From the NCBI RefSeq assembly GCF_002113885.1, contig NW_018408909.1, positions 477,770 to 541,769 on the forward strand: a stretch of 64,000 nucleotides of DNA. The letters run 5' to 3'. The notes beneath the pieces are model-generated. The model was not told where the DNA came from. It worked only from the letters and a program-made list of their open reading frames with translations, and made no database searches. Made by a program: the position numbers and the translations under genes. Origin of the DNA: Mizuhopecten yessoensis. Its lineage: Eukaryota. Each line of letters starts with the position of its first letter. Position 1 is the first letter of the stretch. Positions 1 through 14,500 of this stretch are shown piece after piece.

Positions 1-1400
1 TTACCCTTTTTGCTGTGATTTGTGGGTTTAATGTTACCCTTTTTGCTGTGATTTGTGGGTTTCATGTTACCCTTTTTGCTGTGGTTTGTGGGTTTAATGT
101 TACCCTTTTTGCTGTGATTTGTGGGTTTAATGTTACCCTTTTTGCTGTGGTTTGTGGGTTTCATGTTACCATTTTTGCTGTGATTTGTGGGTTTCATGTT
201 ACCCTTTTTGCTGTGGTTTGTGGGTTTTTTGTTACCCTTTTTGCTGTGGCTTGTTGGTTTTATGTTACCCTTTTCGCTGTGATTTGTGGGTTTTGTGTTA
301 CCCTTTTTGCTGTGGTTTGTGGGTTTTATGTTACCCTTTTTGCTGTGATTTGTGGGTTTTATGTTACCCTTTTTGCTGTGATTTGTGGGTGTCATGTTAC
401 CCTTTTGGCTGTGGTTTGTGGGTTTTATGTTACCCTTTTTGCTGTGGTTTGTGGGTTTTATGTTACCCTTTTTGCTGTGATTTGTGTAACCCTTTTTTGC
501 TGGGGTTTTTGGGTTTTATGTTACCCTTTTGCAGTGATTTGTGGGTTTTATGTTACCCATTTTGCTGTGGTTTGTGGGTTTAATGTTACCCTTTTTGATG
601 TGATTTGTGGGTTTCATGTTACCCTTTTTGCTGTGATTTGTGGGTTTTGTGTTACCCTTTTTGCTGTGCTTTTTTGGTTTTATGTTACCCTTTTTGCTGT
701 GATTTGTTTAACCCTTTTTTGCTGGGGTTTTTGGGTTTTATGTTACCGTTTTGCTGTGGTTTGTGGGTTTTATGTTACCCTTTTTGCTGTGGTTTGTGAG
801 TTTTATGTTACCCTTTTTGCTGTGGTTTGTGGGTTTTTTGTTACCATTTTTGCTGTGGTTTGTTGGTTTTATGTTACCCTTTTTGCTGTCATTTGTGGGT
901 TTTGTGTTACCCTTTTTGCTGTGCTTTTTTGGTTTTATGTTACCCTTTTTGCTGTGATTTGTGGGTTTCATGTTACCCTTTTTGCTGTGGTTTGTGGGTT
1001 TTTTGTTACCCTTTTTGCTGTGGTTTGTTGGTTTTATGTTACCCTTTTTGCTGTGATTTGTGGGTTTTGTGTTACCCTTTTTGCTGTGCTTTTTTGGTTT
1101 TATGTTACCCTTTTTGCTGTGATTTGTGGGTTTTATGTTACCCTTTTTGCTGTGATTTGTGGGTTTTATGTTACCCATTTTGCTGTGGTTTGTGGGTTTC
1201 ATGTTACCCTTTTTGCTGTGATTTGTGTTACCCTTTTTGCTGTGATTTGTGGGTTTCATGTTACCCTTTTTGCTGTGATTTGTGGGTTTTATGTAACCCT
1301 TTTTGCTGTTGTTTGTGGGTTTTATGTTACCCTTTTTGCTGTGGTTTGTGGGTTTTATGTTTCCCTTTTTGCGTTGATTTGTGGGTTTCATCATACCCTT
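1..1400. repeat. 33-bp minisatellite (TTACCCTTTTTGCTGTGATTTGTGGGTTTTATG), ~40 copies, running off the window start and decaying towards ~1560
   Basis: Unit read directly. It explains the 11-aa periodic ORFs on both strands (VTLFAVICGFY / KKGNIKPTNHS). Confidence 0.97.
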
Positions 1401-3843
1401 TTGTTTCGGTTTATTGGGTTTCACGATACCGTTTCTTTTCTTGTCGTTTGTGGTGTTTCACGATACTTTTCCTATTGTTGTTTTGTTTGGTTTCATGAAC
1501 CCTTCCTTTTGTTGTGGATTTTGGGATATTACGATACCCTTTTTTTGTTGTTTATCGTTGTGATATATCCTCCGTTATTGTCTTTTCATGTCGACTTTGA
1601 TCAAGGAATTAGTTCTTGAGATGTGACAATGTGGTACATTGTATTCTTTATTTTACTTTTATCTAAAATGTATCAAACATAGTATAAGGATTTAATATAT
1701 GAGTACATATTGTGGTGGATAAGGACAGTATGTACTGCCAATATCAACTGGCCAGCGTCTGTCCTTACACCTGTACGTCGCCTAACCAGGTCATGGCAGT
1801 CACTGGGTCGACCTGCTCTACGCATTATTGACCAACAGTGTCCGAATGTTACATAAGGGCCAGGTGTAGACTAACCACTGATAAAAGCCAGCCCAGCGCT
1901 TTGTTGACCAGTGGCCAGTAGCCTTATCAACACTACCCCGTTAAAAGAATTCAGATCCTGCTACTGTCACCTTATACACGTGAACATACGTCCTTGGGAG
2001 TAAAACTTCTATAATGTTAAGTACAATTATGATGTTATCTTACGGCAACATGTAGCTGAGAATATAGGTCGATGTATTTTCTAGTTTTGCATGCACTTTC
2101 ACCAATAAAGTCATTATAGAGAAAACGATATCGTGTAATTTTATAACAGCAGTCTTGTATATATATACACATGAAGCTACCATAACTAGAAATATCACAT
2201 GGTTCAAAGATATGGGTTACGTCACGGTAGGGAGGTCGGGGTTTTTGAATCTTTTGTTTTTGGGCTGTAAAGATGGGTGTAGGTATTGTTTATGCATATG
2301 TTATGTAAATATCAATCAATGGATATATCGGCCGCCACTAATGCAATATGATATATTCGTCTGAATGTTGGTTTCGTGTCTTGTTTTTGTAGGGATCATT
2401 ATATCTTTTGTTTAGGTCCTTTTACACCTTATGTATAGATCTTCTTGTTGTGTCTCAATAGAAATTCATGAATGCATTTAATAAGGTGACTACTGAATAT
2501 ATCCATGGTATATGATGCGATGTTATTCTGAATCAAGTCATTTTTTGAGATTAAGAAAAAATAATCATATTCAAGTTTAAAAAGAATATCTTTTTTGAGC
2601 AAACTCTTATTTGTTTTCTTTCGAAATTGAAAAGATATTTTGGCTTTTTATAACCGAATTTTGTGAAGGATTGAACATACTTGTTCATGCTTGTTGGATA
2701 AATATTAAACAGAAAACATGTTATCTGTCGATGTTTCTCAAATATTGGCTGCTTTTCTTTGCGAAATTGTTACTTGTATTTATGATATCCGTTTATACTA
2801 GCTATTTCTTAGCAGATATATTGGTATCCCCCTATCCCAATACAACTATCTCAATAGAACAAAGACGTTTGGGAAATTACATCGTTCACAGACGAAGAAT
2901 GCTGACCATAGGTTTACAAAAGGGTGGTACAAAAACTTTACTATGTTCTTGTCGTTTGTGAATACGAGTTCCCTATCGAGGGAGGTTAAGTAAGAAGTAT
3001 ATATACATGTATATGTAATATTTAAATCAAAAGTGTATACAACATTATATGTTTTATGTGTATATTGATTTTTTCTTCTTGTCGAACTCCTTCAATTAAG
3101 AGAATCAATGAACCTTACTGTGTCCCTTCCCCCAACCAAAATAACACGATTAACTTGCATGTTGACATCTGACGGTTCAATTAAAGTTTAAAGGTTTGTT
3201 TTATTTGTTCACATTCGTCTGGTTGCTATTTATACAATACTAAGTCTTAGTCATATTCTTTTCGAACATAACAGCTTGTCAGCCCGAAGTCGAGGTAGAC
3301 CATCACAGGTTTGGGAACAGTTAATCATCTTATTTCAGCGTGCATTTTATTTTCCTTACATAACCTGTGGGTTGTAATTCAAAATACTTGAAAATACGAC
3401 TGAGAGAGTGTAATTTACATATCAACAGTAAGTATCATTGGGATTAGTGTTCTCGAAAGAATTAAATTGAAGAAAGAGCCTTTTTGTGATGTAACGCAAA
3501 TTTGATCGAAAATAAAGTAAGTTTTAACCGGTTATACAAATATTGCATTATCCACAAAAAATCATAAGGTTTTTTGTTTTTTCCGCCTATAAAGATTTAA
3601 GATATGAAATTTACATTTGCATGGCATTGTCACTAGATAACCTACTAAAAAGATGTGACCTGTGTCGTTGATGGGACTTTAAATGACATGCACCACGAGA
3701 CACAATTCTTAGCCAATCAGCACGCGACAATACACTGTTCAAGTTTTTAAATAAATGCTCAATCTGTCGATAAGGCGTGAATTTTAGATTAAATTAAAAT
3801 TGGTAACTTAAAAAACCCGTTAAAGGTGGAGAAAACGTAAATA

Positions 3844-3993
3844 TAAGTATTGCTCTGTTTTTGTATGGCATTTATGATCTATTTGAATGACACAACAAAT
3901 CACAATGCGCTAGTGCGTATTATGTTGTTTGCTTGCAAAGCTGTGTCATTCAAATATACCATAAATACCTTAGATCAACAGTTCAATGCTTAT
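3844..3993. mobile_element. Long imperfect palindrome, probably the hairpin end of a non-autonomous DNA element
   Basis: TAAGTATTG...TATTTGAATGACACAAC is the inverted counterpart of GCTGTGTCATTCAAATA...CAATGCTTA. Confidence 0.6.
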
Positions 3994-5566
3994 TTACTGA
4001 TTCTACATACAGAATCCACATAAATCACACACTGATGACACATCATAGAGTTGATTTCACGTGAAATATTCCAAATAAGATGGCACAACAGTTAACATTT
4101 CAGAGTTGGAATAATGACAATCCATAAATGATACGATACTTTGTTTTCAGTTGATGATAAAAAAAAGAGTTGCCGATTTGGATTTCGCTATCAAAAGAGA
4201 TTTTATTGGATCATCGGCCAAATTGTAGATCAGCATTTTACATCAGACAACAGTTTGGATTTTGTGTTCAGCAGAACACCTGTTGCCCTATGTAAAGTAA
4301 GATTTTTATTCTATAATACAGGATAAGCTCGGACGAATATTATTCCCAAATTGCTCATTATGTATATCATATCCTAGCATATTTCATGCTTAATATATCA
4401 CTCTAGATACCCTTTAAAATAAATAGTTGCTGTTGTATGACAATTGCCACCCAAAAGCCCATCTCGATTCGAGAGTAAACATTCGACATCCCGTAAAACT
4501 TTCTCTTATTTCACTGTAATTATTGATCAAATAGAACTTGTTTTAGTGCTCAATACGAGCATGTACTTATTATGTAGTTAAGTGAGTCTTGCAACACACG
4601 TTCCTGTAGTAAAAGCTACTGCCGTAGTCAACATTGTTTATGTTTGTTACAATGTAGTAGTTTTGTTACAATGTAGTCGTTTTAAACTTTTAAAAAAGTT
4701 CGTGAATGAAACAAAACATGAATAAGAAAATCAATTTCAAAGGACATGTGACGTGATGGTCGATGTCTTTGATTATTCTCACTAGTGTTTCTCATTGTGT
4801 CGATGTCACCACTACACGACTTCTCACTTTGAGGACGAAATGTTACTTGATTGTCGTCCACGTATAGCAGAAGACGCTTTCCCTTCCGGGATACCTGGTC
4901 CTATTATTCAGTAGTTTCAATGTAAATCTTTCCTTCGTTCACATTTTGTCCTATTTTTATCGACATCAATTTACTATTTTGTTGTCACTTCGGTATTCTC
5001 TTGTTAGTTTTAGAACAGTGAGGTTGAGAATTTCAAATGATCGTTTGGGGTGCAAGTTCGTGTATTGACGTTTGACTAGATGACATCCCCAGTTTAGGTC
5101 ATGTCCCAAACTGAGATTAGATGCTTAACATTGTTAATGAAGTATTCGTTTCACCAATGCATGTTTCTACACACAGAAGATTTTACCAGTGATTTTATCT
5201 CGACTTCTGTCCCATCATGTACAAAGTATAATAAACTCGTGTTTCGGTAGATTTAACCACACCAAGAATTGCACTCAATGGAAGAGTTCCTATAAATCTC
5301 CAATACACTTTCTCAAGTGATATTGATATTGATGTATTCGGGGACAAGAACAAGTTTCTGGCATACGACAGTACCAGTGCAACACAGGCTGTGCACTATG
5401 GGAAATTATGGTTGAACGGTTACAAAAATATTTCGAAATACCAATTCGTAATATATTTTATTTATTTCATACTAAAATCGGTTACACTATGGTTATACTA
5501 TGTACATAAATCCTCTGCTGTGTTCAATAACTGATATGGAGTGAGAAGTCTGGTCCTTTATATCTG

Positions 5567-8500
5567 CTACAACACGGCGTTAAGAAAGTCCAACTTCTGA
5601 GCACGGTTCTTGGCCATCTGTTTAAAGGAAATGCAAACTAGGTATTTCTAAGGTCTCTGTAGACAGATATTTCTATTGATCCTCTTCCTAACATTTTTAC
5701 TCATTAACCCCTGAAAACACATTTGAACTATTACAGTTCGTTCAAAGGTTGGGAAATTTCATTATAAAATTTCGGGGGTGAATGAGTTAAAGCATTTCTG
5801 TCTCTGTTAAAATATAAAACACATATCACACACGCCTATCATATACAAGAGCAATTAACATTTAAGATACATTGACAATCTTCTATCAATAAATCTGGCT
5901 AACTATTATGGGATATTACATAAGCATTTAATGAAGAACACGTGATGCACATACAAACGATTCATTACCTTAAACAGTTTACCAATGAAACATTTGCATG
6001 GAAGTAGTACTAAACATAGTTTTCGTCCCCTAATGTTAATTATAATATAGCATATAAACATATATCCTTACATATTCACATATCTAATTGTAACTAAGTG
6101 AAATAGACTTACAGCTAGATATCTCCGAATGTAACAATTAAGATACTTACAGCTTTATCTCTCTTTGACTTCTTGACCTTCATCTTGATTCTTTTCCCAG
6201 AAATAGCACTCCTGTTTTCCTCCTCTTTACTGTGCGATCTTTTAATGAACTAAACACAAGGACAAAAATACAGGGATCAGTGATTTTCGTAATTATTTAA
6301 ATCTAAATGTTCCTTTCCAAAAAATAAATTTGGCAATAAATATCAATATATTCTGTAAGATTACTTTTTTCCAAAAAAAAATGTTGGCAAAAATTTACCC
6401 GGATGGAGATATTCAGGTCAATGGTCAGGGTATCCAAGTTTTGTTGTTATTATGTATCAATTAGCATTTGATAATTCTATTTTTTTTTAATTTATTTCAT
6501 TTATTCTACGTATAACTACTACATGATTATAAGGTATATATCAGCGATCAACTTCCATGCAAATACACCATCACGCATTGTATAATATAGCAACAACTGT
6601 CATGTGATATTTATTTTCTATTTATATATTCTAGCCTTACATATAGTTTAAGGGGTGAATGCGGGTTGACACAATATGAATATGTTAATTGTAAGATAAA
6701 AAGAACTTGACCATTAAATAGCAGTTTGTATCGACATACATTTCTGGCTTCTGCTTAATAAGTTTTATTTCATACATACATACATTCGTAATTTGAAAGA
6801 CATGTTTAAAGCAAATTGATGAAAGTACTAATATGCAATCGTGTTTTCCTGGCTGATCGAAGATAACTGCATTGTTCCTCAATGACTAGCATCATCGATG
6901 TTCCATAAAAAGTTATGTTCCGTTTTGTATATCTATATGATCATTACTGCTACTTTTCTCTTTGTCATATGAAGGGAAACTAGTTTCATCACTATCCCAA
7001 TCTGCATCACACCCGCACACATCTATAAAATGCAGATATGATACTGTTTTACATATATCCTATGAACTTCTGTATTGGCGTCATATTCGTTAATTTCCTG
7101 GAGGTGAGATTCCAGTATGGCCTGTTATAAGTTTTTTGTAGAAGACATTCACGATCTGCCCGTTTCTTTGTAGACATCTACAAAAGTAAAGGAATGTTGT
7201 GTGTTTTGTACCACACTTAAATGTTCTGCCCCACTGGTGAACTATGTTGTATGCCCCACTGGTGAACTATGATGTCTGCCTCACTGGTGAACTGTGTTGT
7301 CTGCCCACTGGTGAACTATGTTGTCTGCCCCACTGGTGAACTGTTGTCTGCCCCACTGATGAATTTTGTTGTCTGCCCCACTGGTTTACTTTGTTGTCTG
7401 CCCCACTGGTGAACTGTTGTCTGCCCCACTGATGAATTTTGTTGCCTGCCCCACTGGTGAACTATGTTGTCTGCCCCACTTGTGAACTGTTGTCTGCCCC
7501 ACTGGTGAACTATGATGTCTGCCCCACTGGTGAGCTGTTTTATCTGCCCCAGTGGTGAACTATGCTGTCTGCCCCACTGGCGAACTATGTTTTCTGCCCC
7601 ACTGGTGAACTGTTGTTTGTCCAACTTGTGAACAATGTTGTCTGCCCCACTGGTGAACTTTGTTGTCTGCCCCACTGGTGAACTATGTTGTCTGCCCCAG
7701 TGTTGAACTTTGTTGTCTATCCCACTGGTGAACTGTTGTCTGCCCCACTGGTGAACTGTTGTCTGCCCCACTGATGAACTATGTTGTCTGCCCCACTGGT
7801 GAACTGTTGTCTGCCCCACTGGTGAAATGTTGTATGCCCCACTGGTGAACTATGCTCTCTGCCCCAGTGTTGAACTTTGTTGTCTGCCCCACTGGTGAAC
7901 TATGTTGTCTGCCCCACTGGTGAATTTTGTTGTCTGCCCCACTGGTGAACTATGTTGTCTGCCCGAATGGTGAACTGTTGTCTGCCCCACTGGTGAACTT
8001 TACATCTTCAAGTTTACCCTCCTGAACATCTTTCATTGAAGCCTCCTTTACATCTTCAAGAGTACCCTCCTGAAAATCTTTCATTGAAGCCTCCTTAGCA
8101 TCTTCAAGAGTACCCTCCTGAACATCTTTCATTGAAGCCTTCTTTACATCTTCAAGTTTACCCTCCTGGACATCTTTCATTGAAGCCTCCTTAGCATCTT
8201 CAAGAGTACCCTCCTGAACATCTTTCATTGAAGCCTCCTTAACATCTTCAAGTGTACCCTCCTGTACATTCCTCTAGCGCAGTCTCCTTCTTGCACATCT
8301 TTCATTGAAGCATCTTAAGGATCCTACTGGGAATCCTCTCCTACAGACACAGCAATTCATGTCTGCCATCTGCATATCTTTATATGATCACACCACCAAC
8401 AGAAATAGGACAATCAACATCTTGTTTTTTTTATTATATTCTTTAGTCCAACGCATAAAGCTTCAGTTTTAGGCTTGAAAGTGACTTTTTGTATTTTGTC

Positions 8501-11500
8501 AGCAGATAGCTACTAAATGAATGCAGTTTTTAATAACATGGGTTTATCCTTGATATTAAATGTTATGACAAAGACACTGACTGCTGAATTGCTTTTGGAC
8601 GCAAAGTTCATGAAATGCTTTTACAAGTCACTAACAAACTTTCTTCAGTTCTAGAATCATCATCATACATTCTCGGAACACATACTTTTTTTTTATAACT
8701 CTGTTGGTGTTGGTTTTGGCATTCCCTTTTACAGTTTTGCATTGCAGGACCTATTCAGCTTGTTATGGATAACCAAAATTATCATTTTTATAAACACATC
8801 TACATTTAATAAAAATATCAATAAAGCAGGTAATTACTAGTCTATTTACCTTTGAAACTGACTTCATTGGAGAATATATGAAAAAGTTGTCCATTTAAGA
8901 AAGAAAAAAAAGAATAATTTAATTAAGTAGAATTACTTCTTTATTTGGTCACTTAACTGACATTTGATGCTGAATAAAATGGCAAACATATTTCATAGAA
9001 ACCTAATTATATGTTTTGGTCATATTTGGTGTTCTATGATATGTCTACTATATGTAGCTTTTAGACAAAAGCTTCTTCACATTACCTAAACACTGACATT
9101 TTTTTTATAAAATGATTAACCCTCCGGAACATGTTGATATATATCGCCAACGGTCTCAAATAAAAGTCCTACATAATTACATAAACCACAAAAACTACTA
9201 AAGGATTATTGGTAATCAGTAGAACATACAATCTAACTGTGTTGGCTCTGATCATTTATATACACTGTTAATTGGATATGTACTTTTACACCAGTTGAAC
9301 GGACTCCGAGAAAAGGACCACTACAAACGGTAATTGTCCTGATTTTTGTCAGTTTTTTTATTTCCTAAATTTTATTTTTTTAAACAATATTATCGGAAAA
9401 TAAATTTGGATCTTATATCATGTTGCATGATGAATGATTATCCCACTATAAGTTGTTTGGTTGCAATACAAAACGACCTATTCCAATACACCTTTGTTGT
9501 GCTTGGACGCCGCATTCTGGGCCAAGGGGAGACAACACTGTGAAAATTGTGATCTCTTGGTACACAAACTGTAAATCTGTACAAACTGTAAATCTGTACA
9601 AACTGTAAATCTGTTCATTGAATTTTGAGAACGATTTTGATAAATAAATCTTAATTCAAAATTGATAACTTGATAATAAGTATCAATGAGGAAAGATTTT
9701 CCAGGCATCTCATCTACAACACACACAAAAATAAACCCGGACAGTTGTACAGGGTTCATTGATTTATCTATTTCCATAGTGTTGTAAATTAAAAGGCATA
9801 ATTTTGAAGTGCAGAGCTCAATAAATGTACTTCGTGGAATTATTTATCGGAGGCAAATTAGTAATGGAACGCTTTACGATTATGAGTGATCATATTTTCC
9901 CTATAAACAGGTGATTTAAGTGATTATCATATAGGAGGCACGGTAGTCTACTGGTAGGACGGCGGGCTTATGACCAAAGGGTGGCGGGTTCGAGTCACGA
10001 CACTGTGTTGTATCTTTGAGCAAGATACTTTACTCCGCTTGTTCCAGTCTACTCAGCTGTAAATGAGTATGTGGTTGGGCAGTGCTAGAATTGTAGAATG
10101 CTAGCTATGAGCGCCGAAATGGCAGCACCGGCTGTATGTTCAACAGGGAGTTGAGAAAGATATTGGCTGGTTGCAAAGGCTCTATAACCACGGAAAATAA
10201 TTTGTGAACCGCTTTGAGACGACCTACAAACTAGGTTGTGATAAAGCTGTATATAAGAACCTCAAATTTTTATCATTATTATTATAATTATGTAATTAAA
10301 TGGATTATCATTTGACTAAATGAATTACAGCTATATTTATTTAATGGGTATCTTTAGATCTAATGCAGTATCTATAGAAGGTAATACAGTGTTACTGAAT
10401 TTGATGTTTTTATTCTTGACAGATTTTGATTTTGGACATAGTATCTAACCCCATGTACCAAGTTTCTGTTGTCTCCAATACACATTAAATCAGAACATCT
10501 TATGTCAAAATTCTGATGATTCTTTGTAAAGAGATTTTTGCCTCCATTCATACTAAATAAAATTTTGCAATCAGATTGAAGGTGATCGTTCAAAAATAAT
10601 TTAAACATAAGACAGGTTTACAGTTAATCTGGATATAGTGACAGGGGCAAGAATGTTAGTGTGAAATAAGGATATAACATCACAGTATGTATGTGTTCCA
10701 TAACCAGACACTGCTAGTGTACAGATGTACCACCAACTTACCTTAGACAATTGTACAGGGCCACAGTCATCTTTGGAAAGCTTTCGGTGCTTCATTGACT
10801 TTTTCTTAAGTGTCAAAGAGTTGACACATCAAGATGTCCAGGATAAGTTTTGCACAAAGCCACATTTCATCACCAGGTCAAAGGTCAAGGTCACCATGGT
10901 TCATGCAACAGGAACAATCACCAATAACAACATAATTCTTCAAAAATTCAAACAAATCTCATTGAAATTGAAATGGCTAATTTTGTCCAAAAGGTTACAA
11001 ATGTACCAATATACAGAATTATTTGTTCCCATTTTACTAATTGGTTGTTGTGTGATGGTATTTTTCAATCTATCAAACTGATTTAAACTATTACCTTATG
11101 TTTGTGATCATGTTTCCTCTTTTTCTTCTTCTCTTCCTCTGTGTTAAAAACCCATTAAAATATGATTACCTTGTAGACATTAATAACTATCTTCACACTA
11201 TCAGTGAGCATGCAAAAGCTGTTACATATTTTGAATATAAACATTGTCCCGTTATATTCTGCAGTACTGTTAAACACTTCGAGCACCGTTAGGAGAATTT
11301 CAATTGCTTCAATCATCAAAATACAGAATTTGTCTGCTAGTTTTGAACTGTTGAATTTATTCTTTTTCTGAAAATCGTCTATTGTAGGAAGACTGATTTA
11401 TATATCAAATTCAAATTGTGTTCATTGTCATTAAAGAAATCTTTCAGTTTGACTTTCTACAGACCTGATGAGCTAGAGCTGGACGATCTGCTCCACCTGT

Positions 11501-14500
11501 GCCTTTTCTTCTTTGATGGGAAATGTTCTGAAAGAGAAAATAAGAAGGTAGATCATTCATGAAGTGTTTTCAAGAAGTAAAATTCATGAAACCGTTACTA
11601 GCTTAAAATGTAAAGGTTTGGTTTGGTTTAAATATGTTGTTTAACGTCCTATTAACATCTTTTTATAAAAAATATTTATAAAGAAAGCACCAGTGGCTTG
11701 TATGTTCTTTATCATGGCATTAAATATCATAGAACACCAACAACGGATTCAACATGATTTGGTGATAATAATAATATGCAACATTTATACAGCACCCAAT
11801 ATTTTTTTGTAAAATTACTCTCAAGTGCTTTACAACATATGGTTAATAGTATTAGTTATAACTGATAAACAAAAAAAGGCATACAAATCACCATTATACA
11901 TAAAGTGAGAAGATAGTCATCTCAATATGCATATAAATGAATATCCTAAAGGGTGATGTGTACATGATAGTTAAAGCTGTAATCCATAGCAACAATTCCC
12001 ACAGGATATTGTATGTCATGGTGGCCTCAGTAGGTAGAGGATTCGTGATCACTTACAAACCTGAGATATAACAGTTTCCTGTCATTGTGATAGGATTTAA
12101 AGCTTTTTATGAATAAGCCGTCTGTGATAACCCCTGTTTCATTTAATACCATTGTTTTATTTTTTTCAGTATAAATAAATATGTTTGTTGCATTAAAAGC
12201 TCAAAAGAGCTAATGTTTCTTATTTGTTTGTATGCAACTCTAAATAAAGTTTCTTGTATCTTTTATGCTGCGCACCAGTAATTATTTACCACAGAAGTGG
12301 CATAAACAAAAGCAATTTTATTAAAACGTCTACAAACGGTGTGGTAAAGTCAAATGTCTGTTCGCAAAAGAATGTTTTATAGTACTAAAATTGTTTCAAT
12401 CACTGCTGCCATGGCCCCAATTGTTAAGAAAAATGGCAACATTTTGTCCTTTACCATGCAATAAACTTATTGATGGGAGGGTGTCATCAAGTTGACATAT
12501 CCCAGCTGTCTGTTAAAGATGTAGAAAACTGTGGGATTTAGCTTTTAAACAAAATGTGATATTTAGTTTTTTAGCAGCATTATTTCCTTGCTTGTCTTGT
12601 TATTGTTTGAAAATGGCTTTCATATACCAGTTGATATGGTTCAAAATTCATTTTGATGGGTTGTAAGCTGTTCCAGGTCAATGCTCAAGTTTAATTTTAC
12701 TGACAGTATGTATGGAAAGCTAAGAACTACTTATTTAATGCTAGGAAAATAACCATAATAATTGATATTTTTTCCAACATTAAAATGATGCCAAAAGTAG
12801 CAGGAAGGTGAACTCATCCTTTGAACAGTACATAGTTGATTGTGTGCATACCACAAAACCCCAAAGACTGGACAAGTTTGTCCACTTCAATACTACTAAC
12901 AACAAAAGGGTTCAAATTAAATTTTCTGGCTATGAACTACAGCTCAAAAACAACACTCAAAGGGGAATAACTCTAAATAGACGATTATTTTTCCAAGTTT
13001 TGCAATATGAGAATGATCAGTAATTTGTGCTGGCCTAGTGAAATCAGGAGAAGCTTGGCAGTACATGTATATATATATACCTGAGCTAGAACTGTGTGAT
13101 CGTCTGTGCGATTTTTTCTTTCTATCTGGTGAGGAGTCTGAAAAATAAAATCTCAAAATAACAATTTATTTTTTCAGTAACGGTTTTAAACACGAAAGTA
13201 AGATGGTTTAAAAGACGAAACATGGAAAAATTAAGCTTTTCTCTTTCATTGTAGATTGATGGATTTAAAATATATGATTAACTAATTGAACTACACAGTT
13301 ACTGGCAATTGAATCAGTCCAAATCTGGTGTAGAACTAATCTATTTCTTTTTACTTTAACTTTTGATCTGTTCAAGATTAAAGTATACGTTATTATACCT
13401 TTGTATTGGTTTTTTTCCTATCATAACTTCTAAATTTTTAACATTATAGAATACAAGTGTTTGGCAATAATTCAGCTGTTAATTTGAACCTTGCTAATTA
13501 CATTTTCTGTTGATCTGTGTATCACTGCTCTTTCATGTAATGATGACACACATTAGTGTACACAAGGACTAAGATAGCAATCTTATCTATTTCCATGGTG
13601 TACACTAACATAATTTAAGACTAGATATTGCAAGGTCCTCTCATAATGCAATACCAATTCCTACTTACGATAAAAACAATTACGACAAATCACCGTGGAA
13701 TCATACTCCAACTTTCTAAATTTGCAATAACAAGTAGAGTATCCGCAAAACAAAATTGCTTAACTCACAGGAATCCAATCTTTGTTAAGTTTTTAGATTC
13801 TATGTCTACAATTTACTTGCGATGTTATCTTCTTCTCCACTCCGGTGTACTCCAACAATGTTAGAGGTTTTACACGGCGAAAAACTTTTGACAGGCGCCG
13901 CATAACAGTGGCAGTCGGCAAAATCATATCCGATAGAAAAAAGGCCGACCAGTGGCCTCTCATTTTATAGGAGTATACTCCGGTGATGATATATAGTACT
14001 TGGTAATAACACAAAGCTGCTCATGTTCATAACTTAAAGAATTATACTACTGAAACCATTATTTTTATACCATGGGTTATTGAATTCTATCATCAATGAC
14101 TGATTATCACAATATAACGTCCGAAGCTGTGTTATCATACTGTTTAGATAAACTGACCTGAACTTGAACTACTTGAACTTCTTGAACGTCTTTGAGACTT
14201 TTTTCTTCTCTCTGGCGACGAATCTAGAAATATCATCCAAGATAGCTAAAATACATATGAAAAGCTTTGATATGAAAGTATACCATTCTCCTGCAGAAAT
14301 GCAAATTAATAAACAATAATAAATTATTTAAGTCTCATCACTTTAAATAGACAAAATCTGATTTCAAGAATCTCTCTTATAACAAGCAGGATGATCATTA
14401 TCCTACAGTGGGAGCCTCCATAATTTCCACAGCAAAACTATGTGAATTGTTTTTTAACAATGTTCTACCAATCTTTTTTTATTTTTATTTTTTGTTAGAC

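Noticed and set aside
15-1619. 534-aa hydrophobic ORF and overlapping ORFs
   Set aside because: Translation of a 33-bp minisatellite; open in several frames and on both strands, with a non-ATG start.
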